Assembly: GCF_036321535.1 (NCBI RefSeq)
Contig: NC_087436.1
Coordinates: 27,406,001-27,470,000 of the forward strand
Reading direction: 5' to 3'
Origin: Camelus dromedarius
Lineage: Eukaryota
Length of the DNA: 64,000 bases
A program made the position numbers and the translations under genes. Positions 1 to 11,884 of the stretch are shown here, one piece after another. The notes under the pieces are model-generated. The model was given only the letters and a program-made list of their open reading frames with translations. It was not told the origin of the DNA and did no database searches. How positions within the stretch are numbered: the stretch's first letter is position 1; every line of letters starts with the position of its first letter.

Positions 1-834
1 GCCTTCTGGAATAGCAAGATCAGCTTTAATAGACAACACTTCATTTTGGAATGGCAACAAGTTTATTTAAAATCTGTCCTAGAAAACATGGAGAAATATT
101 ATATTTTCCAATATTAGAAGCCTTTATTCATTTTTCTTTTACAAAAAGGAGTTATTAATGCTGACCTCATTAGCCCAAAAAGGAACATTAATTAAAAACA
201 TTTGGATGTTTAACAGTGACAAAATCCAAGGTGTTGTTCATGAAAAAAACACTTAGAATTATTAAAATTTTATTTTAATAACAATGTATCTTTCCCTAAA
301 ATTAACAATTTATCTTAATGATTATTAATATAAAAACACAATCACAATATAACCATCTGCAAATGACTAGCATTTTAAACATAAAATATAGTGAAGCATG
401 AATGGATTTTATAATCCTTTTTTCAGAGGAGAAAAAAATGAATAACATAGTAAAATTTTGTCTTTTTCTGCCTCCTAAGAAAGCTACAATTCAAACATCA
501 CTGTTATAATATAAAGTAGCACTTTCTAAGGTATAAAAATAAGAAACTACCACGTTCTTATCAAAGTCTTAATGTTTGTTACAGAATGACAATGCTTCTG
601 TAACCTCAGAAAAGGGGACAAGCTGCCTGAAAAATATAGGTTACTATCACCCTCCATTCTTCCCCTTATTCTACATTCCGGACTAGTGGCTGGGTCACAG
701 AGTTACCAGTTTCCATGTTTTAGGGATTCTGTGATACTAAGGAAGGCAGGGGAAAATGAAGCCAAATTAAGTCAAAGCAAAATGACAGAAGCTTATTTCC
801 ACAAAACCTTTCTTTTCTTTTTTCAGTTTTAATA

Positions 835-1049
835 TATTTTTATTGAAGTACAGTCAGTTTACAGTATTGTGTCAATTTCTGATGTACAGCACAATACTTC
901 AGTCACATAGGAACATACATATGTTCATTCCCATATTATTCTTCACCAAAGGTTACTACAAGATATTGAATATGGTTCCCTGTGCTATGCAGTATAAACT
1001 TGTGGTTTATCTATTTTATATAGAGTAGTTAGTATCTGCAAATCTCGAA
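835..1049 (-). mobile_element. 5'-truncated LINE-1 3' end (~215 bp)
   Basis: T-run followed by 'tattgaagtacagtcagtttacagtattgtgtcaatttctgatgtacagcacaat...atctgcaaatctcgaa'. The same tail starts the longer ORF2-bearing L1 copies at 16.9, 37.4 and 47.6 kb. Confidence 0.9.
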
Positions 1050-4000
1050 AACTAAAGTTTTCTATAATGAGAGATTCCGCCCTGTGGCTTAAAGCACAGT
1101 GCCAAGCCTTTCCTGGAGCACTGTGTGTACTCTTGTAACCTGCTGACAAGTGGTAAAAAGAAATGATCACAATGCAGTGTGAGAAATTCTATAATAAAGT
1201 GTATACAAAATCTGATTAAGGAATGAACAATAACAGTTAAGTATACCCAGGCCATAGATCTTGTACCTAAGATCTAATTATGCAAATTCAATCTATTGCT
1301 CATAAAGGAATAAAAATGATGAATGTGGTTCTACCGGATAACTCCTCAAATTAGTTTCTTCCTGCCAGTTGTTTGTTTCTAATTGATTTAGTTAATTCTT
1401 ACTTAGTCATAAAATATTCAAATTGATAAAATAAAATACAGGATGTATCTGTCATCTATCTATTTATCACTTGGCAGGCGTTACTTACTTTTTCAAAATA
1501 TCAAGGTTATTTTTTATTGTAACCCTCTCAATCAAGGTGTTATCCGTTCCCTCCAAGCCATTGTCATGTATAAACTTACTAAAAATACAGTATCGTATCA
1601 TGGGATTCACTGATTGAAATGTTTAGAGCACTAGGCCTAGAGCCAAATTCTTAGAACATATTCTCATTTGCCCTGCATGTTTTATTTTGAACCAGGGATT
1701 ATAACTGAAATGACTTTTACCTTCTTTTGGACACCACACAACAGAAACATGATGGGGTTGCATTTTTATTAATGAGTGAGCATGTGTATGATAGGTCTAG
1801 TCTTTTCTGATCATGGTTCCTTCTAAAACAAAATTATCAGCTACTCTCAGTGTATCACATTATCAAATTATGAAAAAATATTAGATGGACTTTATTCTTT
1901 TCTTAGTACCTAGATAGCACTGGCTAATGGATATTCCAGAAATTGACTATAAATGCTCAAGAAACTAGCTGCAATTGCCTTTTCTTGGTTTAGATCAGAC
2001 TCCCTCTCAAAATCTTTTTTACTATTTTTTTTTCTCTATAAAAATAAGATTGTTCCTGGCTGGTAATACCATATGGTAAACAGAAAGCTTATTTAGAAAT
2101 GTAATTTCCTCCTCAGAGAGAGGGCACACACACAATGCTGTACACCTCCCTTTGCACAAAATTAAACACATTCAATTCTCTTCCAGGCAACCTGTTATCA
2201 TACATGAAAACATATATTCTATAATTACTTTTCTCCTTATAGTCAGAAAAATGTATTTATAAAATTTTGAAAAATACAGTGATCATTATAAACAAGATTT
2301 GGGATAGCTCTAGAGATAGTTCTTAAGTTTACCTAAATGAAAGCTAAAAATTTTGAAGTTCAATGAAATCTTACACACAATATCATCAATTTCTGAAGCT
2401 CTTGAAGAACACATAAAGTTCTCTTCAAAATCTTTAACAAAATTGAGTTAAACTGTTTATTTGTATCTAGTAAGCTTTTATTTTAATTTCATTGCTATGT
2501 TTTTTCTTTTATTATTACTATATTTGTTCCCTTTTCTCCGATTTTAATTGCAAATATATAGCATTTTAGCCACCTTGTTGATAAGTTGCCAAACTGGGAA
2601 ACCTAGAAATCATATATAACCTTGCTGCTATGCCAAAATGCATCCTAAGATCCAATCACCCAATTCACGAGTATAATTAAAACATAAATCTCCTGTTAAT
2701 CATATGGTAAGATTTTTATTTCCTCATGACTTCATATAATTTAAACTGAAATTATTTCCCTAGTATGTCTATAGAGAAACTGGACCTATATTTTTAGATA
2801 TAATGTAATTTATTGAGACCAAACTTTCTTCAATCTGTCACGGTTTATTAAAAGTGCATGCTAATAGTATTTGTTAAATGACCTGCACTGTCCCTCATCA
2901 TTGATAAAATCACACATAAAGATATAAAGATATCTTTATATATATATCTCCATAAAGATATTTGGAGGCCAAAGTAAAATATTTAAAAATAAGTGGGAAA
3001 TAAAAGAGAAAAACCTAGATGTTTGCCTGCATTTTGAAACTGAGAAGATACCTCCAACACAGCATAGCTTTCTGCATAAAAATATCTGAAATTCTAGTTT
3101 GATCTAATAGAAAGTATATGTCTTCATATGTGGACATGTTTCTAATTGTTAACCTCAATTCTGCCTTTCCAAACGGTGAAGAAAATTCTCACTGGAGTTG
3201 TTCTAAAATGTCTAGAAATACTTGAACTCCCTGTATTTCCCTCTGTGCTGTGTCTGAGAAAAGTATTTTCTAAATCCTAATAGTGTCCAGGTAACCTGCA
3301 GAGACAACTCTAAATTATGAGGTAAATATAACCAGTTGTAGTCTTTGAATTTCAAAGGTAGCTTTACTGTTTATGGTTTTCTCTACCACGGACTGTTCCT
3401 AGCCCTCTGACCAACTATTTCTGGGTCTTTTTTTCATGAAACAGTCTCTTCCAGAGACCAGTTCTGCCAATGCTCAGGTAGGGAAACATTCTCCCTAATC
3501 CACTTAAAGCAATGAGGCGCCTGTGTATTCTTCTGTATGTTTTCCTCCACATCTAGAAGGATAAGCAAGCTTTTAGAATTAAAAGACACACATACACACA
3601 TCAAAATTAAGTTCCTGGCAGTATATCATTAATATAAAATGTTAAGAAATATTTGTTTTGCCTCTGATGTGTTTTTTCTTTCCTTAAATCTTTGAAACAA
3701 ACAGGAAAAGGTTATAATTAAAACTGCATTTATTGAACACCAACATATGCTAATTCTGAATTTATTCCCATTGCATCCTAATTAAAATACCTCTTTTATC
3801 TTCAAAGGGAGAAGAAATCAGAGAAAAGGAAAGAGTAATAAAATATTGAAAACATCATATTGGCATTCTATTGAATTATTTTTAATGCAAAGAGGAATAG
3901 TTAATGGTAATGAATGCTTAAGAAGGAAACATTACGTCTTTCTGAACTTTCTTTTTCTTTATATTTTAGTTTTTGCTCTGTGAAATCTATTACTGGTTTG

Positions 4001-4825
4001 TATTTTTTGGATTATACCCCAGAAGGGTTTGGTGTACACTTACGTAATCTTCACAGCTGTCAACTTCAGACAACACAGGACATAGTTAATGGCAGAAAAT
4101 CTGCAACCAGAATTTCAACGATGTTCATAAATACATCATTGACAATAGACTCAGTTGTTCACTAAAACTGCCCTAATAGTAGCTAATTTTCAGCAATATT
4201 TAATTAAACTGATAATAATGAGAAGTACAAAAATTCACTATAAGGTGAAGAATGTTGGTAAATAGTTTCAGAAGCAAACTGGTACGCTATTGACTTCAAC
4301 GCTAGGTGGACCAGTAAATACCAGTGAAAACTGTATTATACATAAAATTCTTCCCATTTTCCTTTATAACAAAATGAATTTAGGCTATATTCAAAATGAC
4401 ATTTTTTCAAATACTTTTTCTTTTGCCAATAATTTTTAAATGTATAATTTCAAGGAAAAGACAATTTTAAAAGTGAGTAAGAAAACCAGATTGTGATGAA
4501 AAGGCACGTGTAGCCAGTGCAGACAAGAGTGCTGTGTTTTTTACTTTACTGGGGTTTGGTTGTTTCTTTTCAGTCACCATGCTTATCCTAAATTAGGAAC
4601 TCGCCTGATTTACTGAAAATTTGGCATCATTTAATTGTATTTTTCCCTCTTCAGAGGACGGTATCTCCCAATCTTACTGTGTACAACCTCCCATCTGTAA
4701 TTGAGATTAAAATTGAGTTCCTCTGCCGAATTTATGATGAACTTCTCTATCCAAAATATTATTTCCCTTCCTGTCCAACACCTGTTCTCTTCAAGATTGA
4801 GGAGTATCAAAGAAAAGGGGGGAAT

Positions 4826-5279
4826 TGTAACTGAGCAGGACCTTACGGGGCCTTCCTGGGACAGACGCCTCCCCCATATCCTCTGCTGTAGCTCTCCTCA
4901 GAAATACCCAGATAATATATCTCATGCAGATTTCCTGTGTTTTTTAGATGCTAAAAACCACTGCCAAATGGAAGAAATTAATGATGACCATTTGATGATC
5001 ATGAGCACCTGGCCCCCAGACCTTCTGATGCCTAAGGATTGATCACCATCAATCAATCAGAATTGTCCACAGCTGATCATGTTCCCTGGGACGCCCCTCC
5101 CTTAGCTGGCCTTTAAAATGCTCAGCTGAAACACATCAGGGATTCAAGGTTACTTAGGTAGGAGCCACTCATTTTCCGTGCTCGGCCCAGGAGTAAACGT
5201 TTCTCTGCTCCAAACTCCAACTTTCCAATTTGTTTGGCCTTCACTGTGCTTTGGGCACATGAACTTGCCTTCAGTAACA
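4826..5279 (+). mobile_element. 5' LTR of a class I (ERV1) endogenous retrovirus
   Basis: Starts TGTAAC and ends GTAACA. TATA-like 'ctttaaaa' ~5111 and AGTAAA ~5192. PBS-like 'tggtgaatcc' at 5284. The last ~170 bp match 11720-11884. Confidence 0.85.
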
Positions 5280-6084
5280 ATCTTGGTGAATCCAACATAG
5301 GAGTCTGTGCTTTGGCAGGTCGACCCAGGCCCGAAGCCGTTCTTTTCCTGGGTCCCCAGCAGCTGCCTGAGCTCACTTCGCCCCGGGAACCAGGAGGAAT
5401 TCTCCCTGAAGGACGCCAGCCGCTCCATGGCAGGAAGCTGTTTGCAGCAGAGAAACGTCCAGAGCTGAGGTCCACGTTCAGTGTCACTTGAGGGTGAGTC
5501 ACTCCAGCTTGTGCTGGCTGGGCGTTTTCTCCACTTGATCTAGGCTCATTTCCTTCTGGGAAGTAAGCTGCTCTGGGCTCACTGTGAGCCACTCTGTGTC
5601 TGTTCTCTTTCAAGAGCTGGGCTGGTCTGTTTGGAGGCCTCCATCTGGGAGTGGAAGGGGAAATTCTAGATAACGCCTCCTCTGATTGTGCGACTGTAGC
5701 TTATTTGTGTTTTTGAGTGAGTTGATTTGGGGTGAGCCACTCCGGCTTGTGCAGGATAGGAAAATACTACCTGTTCCCCCTGGGCTCTTCCATTTCTTGG
5801 AAGTGAGTCATTCTGGAATCCATTCTGGGAGCCACTCTGCGTCCATTCTCCTTTGGGAGATAGTTTGTGAGACTGTTTGTTGTTTGTGTGTGTGTGTGTC
5901 AGTGTGTGTACTTAACACTGACCGGTTGTGAGGTCTTTGGTGAGTAATGCAGCTCGCATGTGAAGACACCAGGGTATCCTTCCCTATTGCATTGGCTTGC
6001 CTTGATTTTTTGCTCTCTAGCCTTGGTCTTGCATTCAGCTTCATTTCTAATGGAGCATTGATTGGGGTTCTCCCCTTTTGGATT

Positions 6085-6711
6085 TGCTACGGGGAGGAGG
6101 GGAATAAGAGTTACCTCGGTTCTTAGTCACCTGAAAAAAAAACATTTTTAATGAGATAGAAAATGTGATATAAACAAGATTTTATTAATAAAGTAAAAAG
6201 TAGAATATAGTACACGCCCGAGAATTGGGAGTGGACCAATCCAAGAGGGGAAAAATGGCACTGCTCCTTTATTCTTCCTGTTTTTCATGTCCCGGCTTAG
6301 GGGCGTTTTTTGTGGTTGATTGATTCATAGCTCAGGTTCTTTGAGTGCTCAGCCTAATTGACAGCTAACGTTCTTTGTACTCAGGCTGATTGATAGCTCG
6401 TGTTCCTTGTGCTCAGGCACGCCTATCTCTTTCGCGCATATTCTTAACCATGATGCACACAGAGAAACCTACAGGAGGGGCTCAAACTGCAGTGTTAATT
6501 ACATTATCATGAGCACTGGGTCAGGTTAAGCTGGATCCTTCTCTCAACTGCTCAGCCACAGCATCCGATCCTAGCTGGCTTCTTTGTTGGCCCTCATTTA
6601 GAGTAAGTTTTTGGAGCCCCTTATTCTGAGCGTGTGTGTACTGTTATTTCCTGGGTTGCTCCCCCAGTCTTCCTCTCCCCTTGCCAGGTGCTCATTTCTA
6701 TCTGTCTAACA
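6085..6711 (-). mobile_element. 3' LTR of a second class I ERV inserted antisense
   Basis: Minus strand reads TGTTAGA...GTAGCA. Polypurine tract AGAGAGAGGAA (6712-6722) lies immediately upstream. AATAAA on the minus strand ~6181-6186. Confidence 0.85.
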
Positions 6712-7545
6712 TTCCTCTCTCTAGTCATAGGACCCCAAATCTTAGGGACGTAGAGGGCGACAACCACCCTAGCTACTTCCTGCTGATCTGGGGCGATGAA
6801 GGGGTTGGTCGGGGTCCGAGACCAGGTGGCTGTCACTGGGCAGGTGGTGAGCGAAGGGTCGGTGTCCATCGTGGGGGCTTATGTGAAGGCCGTCTTGGCT
6901 GATGGGTTGATTACCTTGTTGTATAGCCATTTGAAGTTTGACTTGGAGTGTTGCTTGAAAAGCAGTTGCAGATCACTAAGAGGTTTGCAAGAATATGTAG
7001 AATCTGAGGTGTCTTGGGTGCCAAGGTTCAGGTTTTTAACGGATTGGTCATCTTGGGTGGGTTTTATGGTGTATCGCTGGCAATTCCAGGAACTTCTACT
7101 GCAGTGGGAGAGGATAGAAGAACGAGGTAAGGCCCTTTCCATACAAGTTGAAGTCAGGAGGCTGGGGAGCCATCTTTTTAAAGACTTTGATCAACACCTG
7201 AGTGCCAGGGGTGAGGAGATCTGGTTGCCACTTGAGGTCCTGTTTTTTAGCCCAAATTACTCCAGGTGTTTTGGAATTCCTTATGAGCTTGGTCATATGC
7301 CCCTAAAGAGGTGATTTTTATTATCTATCAATGTTTCCATCTGAATAAATGGCCCATAAAGAGCTTTATAAGGACTAAGGCCCAGGGTTGCCTTGGGGAC
7401 TACCCTGGTTTATAAAAGAGCTATATTGGTAAAGCCTCTTTTCAACTTAAAGAAGTTTTGTTTTTGTTTTTGATGAGCCTTTTAAGAACAGCCTTAAGGA
7501 ACTGATTGACCCTTTCCAATTTTTTTTTTTTTTTTGAAGACTGAT
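6712..7545 (-). pseudogene. ERV pol integrase C-terminal half fused to env cytoplasmic tail (decayed)
   Basis: Minus-strand translation across frameshifts gives QSS..LERVNQFLKAVLKRLI, LGLSPYKALYG, PGTQVLIK, WKGPYLVLLSSPTAVEVPGI and YSCKPLSDLQLLFKQ (class I pol end). These are followed by QVKLQMAIQQGNQPI and QQEVAR (env end). Confidence 0.85.
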
Positions 7546-7879
7546 ATTTTTGACAAACTTCATATCACATTCGAATTAAAGTTCTTTTGACTTGAGCTAA
7601 CTTTGAGATGTTTCAGAGGGCCCCTGAGGCATCTCAGAGAAAAATATGAAACTACCTAGGATTGGTTAGTATGTTGAGTTACATGGGAAGCGTTGTCAAA
7701 TGAGTGATAAGCCTGTTCAGATTATACAGTATGGATAAATGTTATTCCTCTCTTCCTGGTGACAGATTGATGGGGTATTGGTTGGGACTCTCCCTTTTGG
7801 AGCTAGGAAACTGTGACCCTAAGAGACTGTTCTGCATTGTTTGCTTGATATTTGATAACACCAGCCTTGAATAATTAAG

Positions 7880-8050
7880 TATGGAGGAGCATAGCTCTGT
7901 TACATTTTGCAGTCCCCCTAGGGTATGTTTTGCAAAACTGAAAGATCTTTATTTATGCTCCCATAAATGAAAGAAAGTGATATTTTTTATTGTAACACTG
8001 TGGGCTGAGTGCTCCCTGAGATCTGGAGAACAGTGGCCCCTAATGGCTCT
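7880..8050 (+). pseudogene. ERV gag matrix N-terminal remnant
   Basis: Reads PLGYVLQN*K...IFYCNT..W...SGEQWP(L)NGS across a stop and frameshifts, matching the class I gag MA motif pattern. Confidence 0.7.
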
Positions 8051-8544
8051 GCTATTATCAAAGGGGGCCTTTTGGAGTTTGGCTTTTATCCTGGGGGTGT
8101 GTTTCTGTGTGTGTCTTGGTACCTCAGTCCAAATCCTGTTCTCTCTTCTTGGTTTTGCTGAAAGTGAGGCCTGAATGTGAGTGAATAATATAGACAGACA
8201 GATAGATAATTGTGGATACTTGGGAATGAAAAAAAAAATTCTGAAAATAAATGATGGGGTTTTGTAGAAGCAGTTAGAAGAGGAATTTGCATTTCTCTTC
8301 CTGTGCCTTTGAGATGTAAATGATCTATCTGGGCTCTCAAGGAAAATAGTGTCTTAAAACTCAAGTGGAAAAACTGGATTCTCTGGTTCTGCCTGTCTTC
8401 TTTATGTAAAATTAACTTATGGGCTCTATTTAATTGACTTAAAAAGTAAGTGCTTGCAAATTAAATACTAAGTATAAAAGGAGCTAGACAGACCAAATTT
8501 CAGGCTCACACAATCTAGGAAATACTCACTATTAATACCTGATA

Positions 8545-8618
8545 CATTTTTAAATTTTATATCTTTTAAAAAATTTATGGAAGTATAGTCAGTTTGCAAT
8601 GTTGTATTAAATTCTGGT
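8545..8618 (-). mobile_element. Ultra-short L1 3' tip (~74 bp) with TSD, inserted in the ERV
   Basis: 'tatggaagtatagtcagtttgcaatgttgtattaaattctgg' flanked by ttaatacctgata (8532-8544) and ttaatatctgata (8619-8631). Confidence 0.8.
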
Positions 8619-10283
8619 TTAATATCTGATATTAAAGCTAGTTTTGGCTTGTTGGTATAATCAATACAGATATGTCTTATTGTACCTGTGTTTATTAAAG
8701 GTCGATAAGTTTGTTATTTCTGTTGCAGACTTTGTCAGCAGAAAGAAAATAACTTGGTATAATAAAATTCTGATAAGTAAATTAAATGCAGATGAGATAA
8801 GAGCTTTTGGGTGAACTCTTTAGAAATATGTTTTAGGAATGTCTACTTAAAGATGATCTCCAGCTATTTGGTAACTTGAAATTTTAGAGTTGTGCTAAAT
8901 TAAGTTAAATAATGGAAGTTTATTGACTAGTTGATTAGCTAGGTCATTCAAAAGCAATATAAGATACTCAAACATTAATTGCTGAACATTGGCTTTCCTT
9001 TAAAGAGACATCAAGTGTGTTTAGGACTGTTATTAAACATGTTTGGTGTCACATTGAGATATTCTGTAGAAAGCACATGTTTTTAGAAATTATTGTTGGT
9101 TTGTGTTTGCCAAGCTACAGAATGCTAATGTAAGAGATAGTTCATGATTGCTTGCTTCTTGGTTTTCACTAGAAACTAAGATTGAGTTTGAGAATTCTAA
9201 TTTAAATATATACTTAAAGCTACTGAAAATAAAGGAAACATTTCAGTATACAGTAGGAAAGTAGGACATATGTTTTGAGTAAAAAAAAGAAAAAAAGGTT
9301 TGAGGAATACCATTGCATTTTAAGGGAAAAGAAGGTGCTTTGGACCTAGAGCTTTGTTGTTTCTAGATGGGAAAAAATAAGGGACAAACTAATATGGATA
9401 CAGAAAGTTGTGAAAAGTTTGCAGAAAGGGAGCCCTAAAAAAGGAGTTCTGTGCATGATCAGGCTGAGATTAAACTTCTTTAGGTAAATGGATTTCGTTA
9501 TCAAAAGTAGTCTGGTGCAGGACTAGATTTGGTTCCTCTCTGTTAAGAGAACAAGGTTACTTAGAATGTGCCTGAAAACAGATTGTGTGAAACTTTGTGA
9601 TCTTTTTGACAAACTTCCTGTCAAATTTGAATTAAAGTTCTTTTGACTTCACCTAAATTTGAGATGTTTCAGAGGGCCCCTGAGGCATCTCACAGAAAAA
9701 TATTAAAGTAACTAGGTTTGGTTAGTATGTTAAATTACATGGGAAGCATTGTCAAATGAATGATAAGCCTATTCAGATTATACAGTATGGATAAATGTTA
9801 TTAATATAGACATTCTAGAAATTATGTAAAGTTTCAGAAATTATGTAAAAAGTTCTGAAATTTAGATATGTCCTGGGTAATGCTGTTAGTCATAATTCTA
9901 GTTATCTTAACGTATGTCACAGCAACTTAAGCTTCTTTGTCAAAAACATGGTAATCAGATCTTTTTACCTTCCATTTTTAAGGTTTTTGTTATTCATAGA
10001 TAGTTAAGCTGATGTTTTGCAAAACTGCTTGGTTTTCAAGAAGATTCCTAAAAAGGACTTTTTGACAAGTACAGTTTTTTTAAAAAAAGTAATACTGCTG
10101 AACTGGGTAAGATATTTTAAAAGTCTAATACACTGAGTTTGTAAAACTGTTAGAAAAAAAGAATTAATTACATAGGATTGAGTAAACTGATGAATATGGT
10201 TGTAATTTTTTGGTTTTGTCTGAAGTTGTCAGAGTATAACTGCTCATGTATAAAAATGCCTGCTTTAAATCTATTGTTAAAAG

Positions 10284-10697
10284 TGTTACGGAAACGACAG
10301 GCCAGTCAAGAAACAAGCACCACTCGGAGGGTTGGAGTACTCGGATGTATTACGCCTGCGGGCTCAGAGGGGCTTCTGCTCCGAAGCTCTGAGCACCTTC
10401 AAGATGTGCACATGAGGTTTTATAGGGTAAAGTACAAGCTTGGGGTATTCGGCCAATAGGCATGGAACAGCTTTAGCAGCAGCAGCATCACAAAAGTGGA
10501 GGCGGGGAGGCAGCAAACCAACATTCCAAAGCCAGATATGTATTTTTGAAAATCCAGCTGGCTAGCAAAAAAACATAAACAGCAAACCAACACTAATTAA
10601 CTTAGATTTACAAGTTAGTCTAGCAGAACTCAGATCAGTATTCCAATACTTAGATTTGTGAGTTACCTTGTTAGACTAGCCCAGCCTCTCCTTCACA
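10284..10697 (-). mobile_element. Third LTR (antisense, CpG-retaining), probably with ~380 bp of its 3' internal sequence to ~11075
   Basis: Minus strand reads TGTGAAGG...CGTAACA. TATA 'ccctataaaa' and a decayed polyA signal 'aataca' on the minus strand. Purine-rich 'aagtgtaggaa' immediately upstream. No TSD at the LTR ends. Confidence 0.7.
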
Positions 10698-11099
10698 TTC
10701 CTACACTTATGAGTTATCTTGTCAGACCAGCCTGGTTTTGCCTTCACAAAAGCACATGTATAAGCTTGTATAACAATTGGGTCTAAGTGATAAAATGTAT
10801 GGCCTGTAGAGTGTTTCCCCATTAACACACCTCTGAGCCTGTTCACAATATCTGATTACTTTTCTGATTACTTTTTCCCAACATGGATAAATAGGCAAAT
10901 ATAAAGGAGGCCTAGCACCAAGGGACATGATCTGAACCTGGGGCAGGAGCTACCACCCAGCATCGAAGGACAGATATTTTGATGATCGATGCTTTCTATT
11001 GAAAGATTTGCAATTAAGGGGAAATGATGGAAAAACATGCACATGTTGATGTATGGGGAAGTCATTCTGGCTTATGTGTCATTTGACTGAAACTTTATT

Positions 11100-11720
11100 G
11101 ACCAAAATGGCCTGTTTCCTGGCCTTTTGGACATGTGTTGTACATCTGCTTCAACCCCGAAGAGGGGAATGCATTTGGAAGTCAAAATAGGGTAGGTGTG
11201 GTTCAGACATCAAAGGTAAAACTTGGTGGCCATTGTGGACGTGATTTTAGAAATGTTCCTGTGTTGTTGAGAACTCGAATTTTCTGAGCTATGTCATAGT
11301 TGGGACGCCACCAGCCATTCTCAAAGCGTGTCTGCCAGGAGATGGCAGCTGCAACCTTATGACCTCAAGGTCTTCTCTTGTAGCTATTAAATTTTTAGAC
11401 AATAAAATTGCTTTAGATCAGATGTTAGCAGAAAAAGACATCTGTAGAAGCTAGTCGCCCTTGATATACACACACACATATATACACACCACATCAAAAG
11501 TTAAAACCTACTCAGATAAAAGTAGACATGTGGCTACAAGTCTCCCCCAAAGTGCCAAGTCCAAACTGGTTTTCAGGCTTAGTCTCCTGAATTCCTCAGG
11601 GAATGAGCTCTTAATCATACAAGACTCAGATCCAGGACTTGGAACTTGGGAACATTTCCAACTCGGTGTCCATTCCCCAGAGGTAGGACTAAACTCTGTT
11701 TCAGCAGGAATTAGCCAGAG
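11100..11720 (+). pseudogene. ERV env remnant including immunosuppressive-domain-like motif
   Basis: 11395-11454 reads LDNKIALDQMLAEKDICRS*, similar to the gamma-type ISD LxNRxALDxLLAExGGxC. Env-end motif 'cagcaggaattagccagagtggtcat' at ~11702-11727. Confidence 0.7.
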
Positions 11721-11884
11721 TGGTCATGCCCTGAAAGAGTCAGGGAATTCGGGGGTTTGGGGGAGCTTGAGCCACCTGTTCTCCTTGCCCAGCCCAGCAA
11801 TAAACCTTTCTCTCCTCCAGACTCAGACTTTTCCATTTGTTTGGCCTCACTGTGTGTGGGCACAGGAACTTGCATTTGGTAACA
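11721..11884 (+). mobile_element. Partial 3' LTR (most of U3 and the PPT deleted)
   Basis: AATAAA at ~11799 followed by sequence matching 5190-5279 and ending GGTAACA. Confidence 0.85.

Larger units (their letters stand above)
4826..11884 (+). mobile_element. Degenerate, rearranged ERV1 provirus with MER4-group-like AT-rich internal region and nested insertions
   Basis: Order on the + strand: LTR, leader, gag-MA remnant (7880-8050), long AT-rich internal region, env remnant (~11.1-11.72 kb), partial 3' LTR. Flanks gaat/caat resemble a 4-bp TSD with one mismatch. Confidence 0.8.

Noticed and set aside
2913..2961. Palindrome ataaagatatctttat
   Set aside because: An AT-rich micro-duplication next to a (TA)n run, with no evidence of function.
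4701..5613. Overlapping ORFs of 85-163 aa
   Set aside because: They lie in the GC-richer LTR and leader, have no recognisable domain and occur on both strands, so they are likely chance ORFs.
6796..7314. Longest ORF in the window (172 aa, +)
   Set aside because: It is antisense to the integrase/env remnant, i.e. a shadow ORF.
6085..11075. Idea that the 3'-only antisense ERV pieces are L1-mobilised processed ERV transcripts
   Set aside because: Their LTRs run past the polyA signal to a terminal CA (U5 present) and have no poly-A tail, unlike processed copies.
11100..11720. Domesticated env / syncytin
   Set aside because: Short, stop-ridden and lacking CX6CC and a transmembrane anchor.
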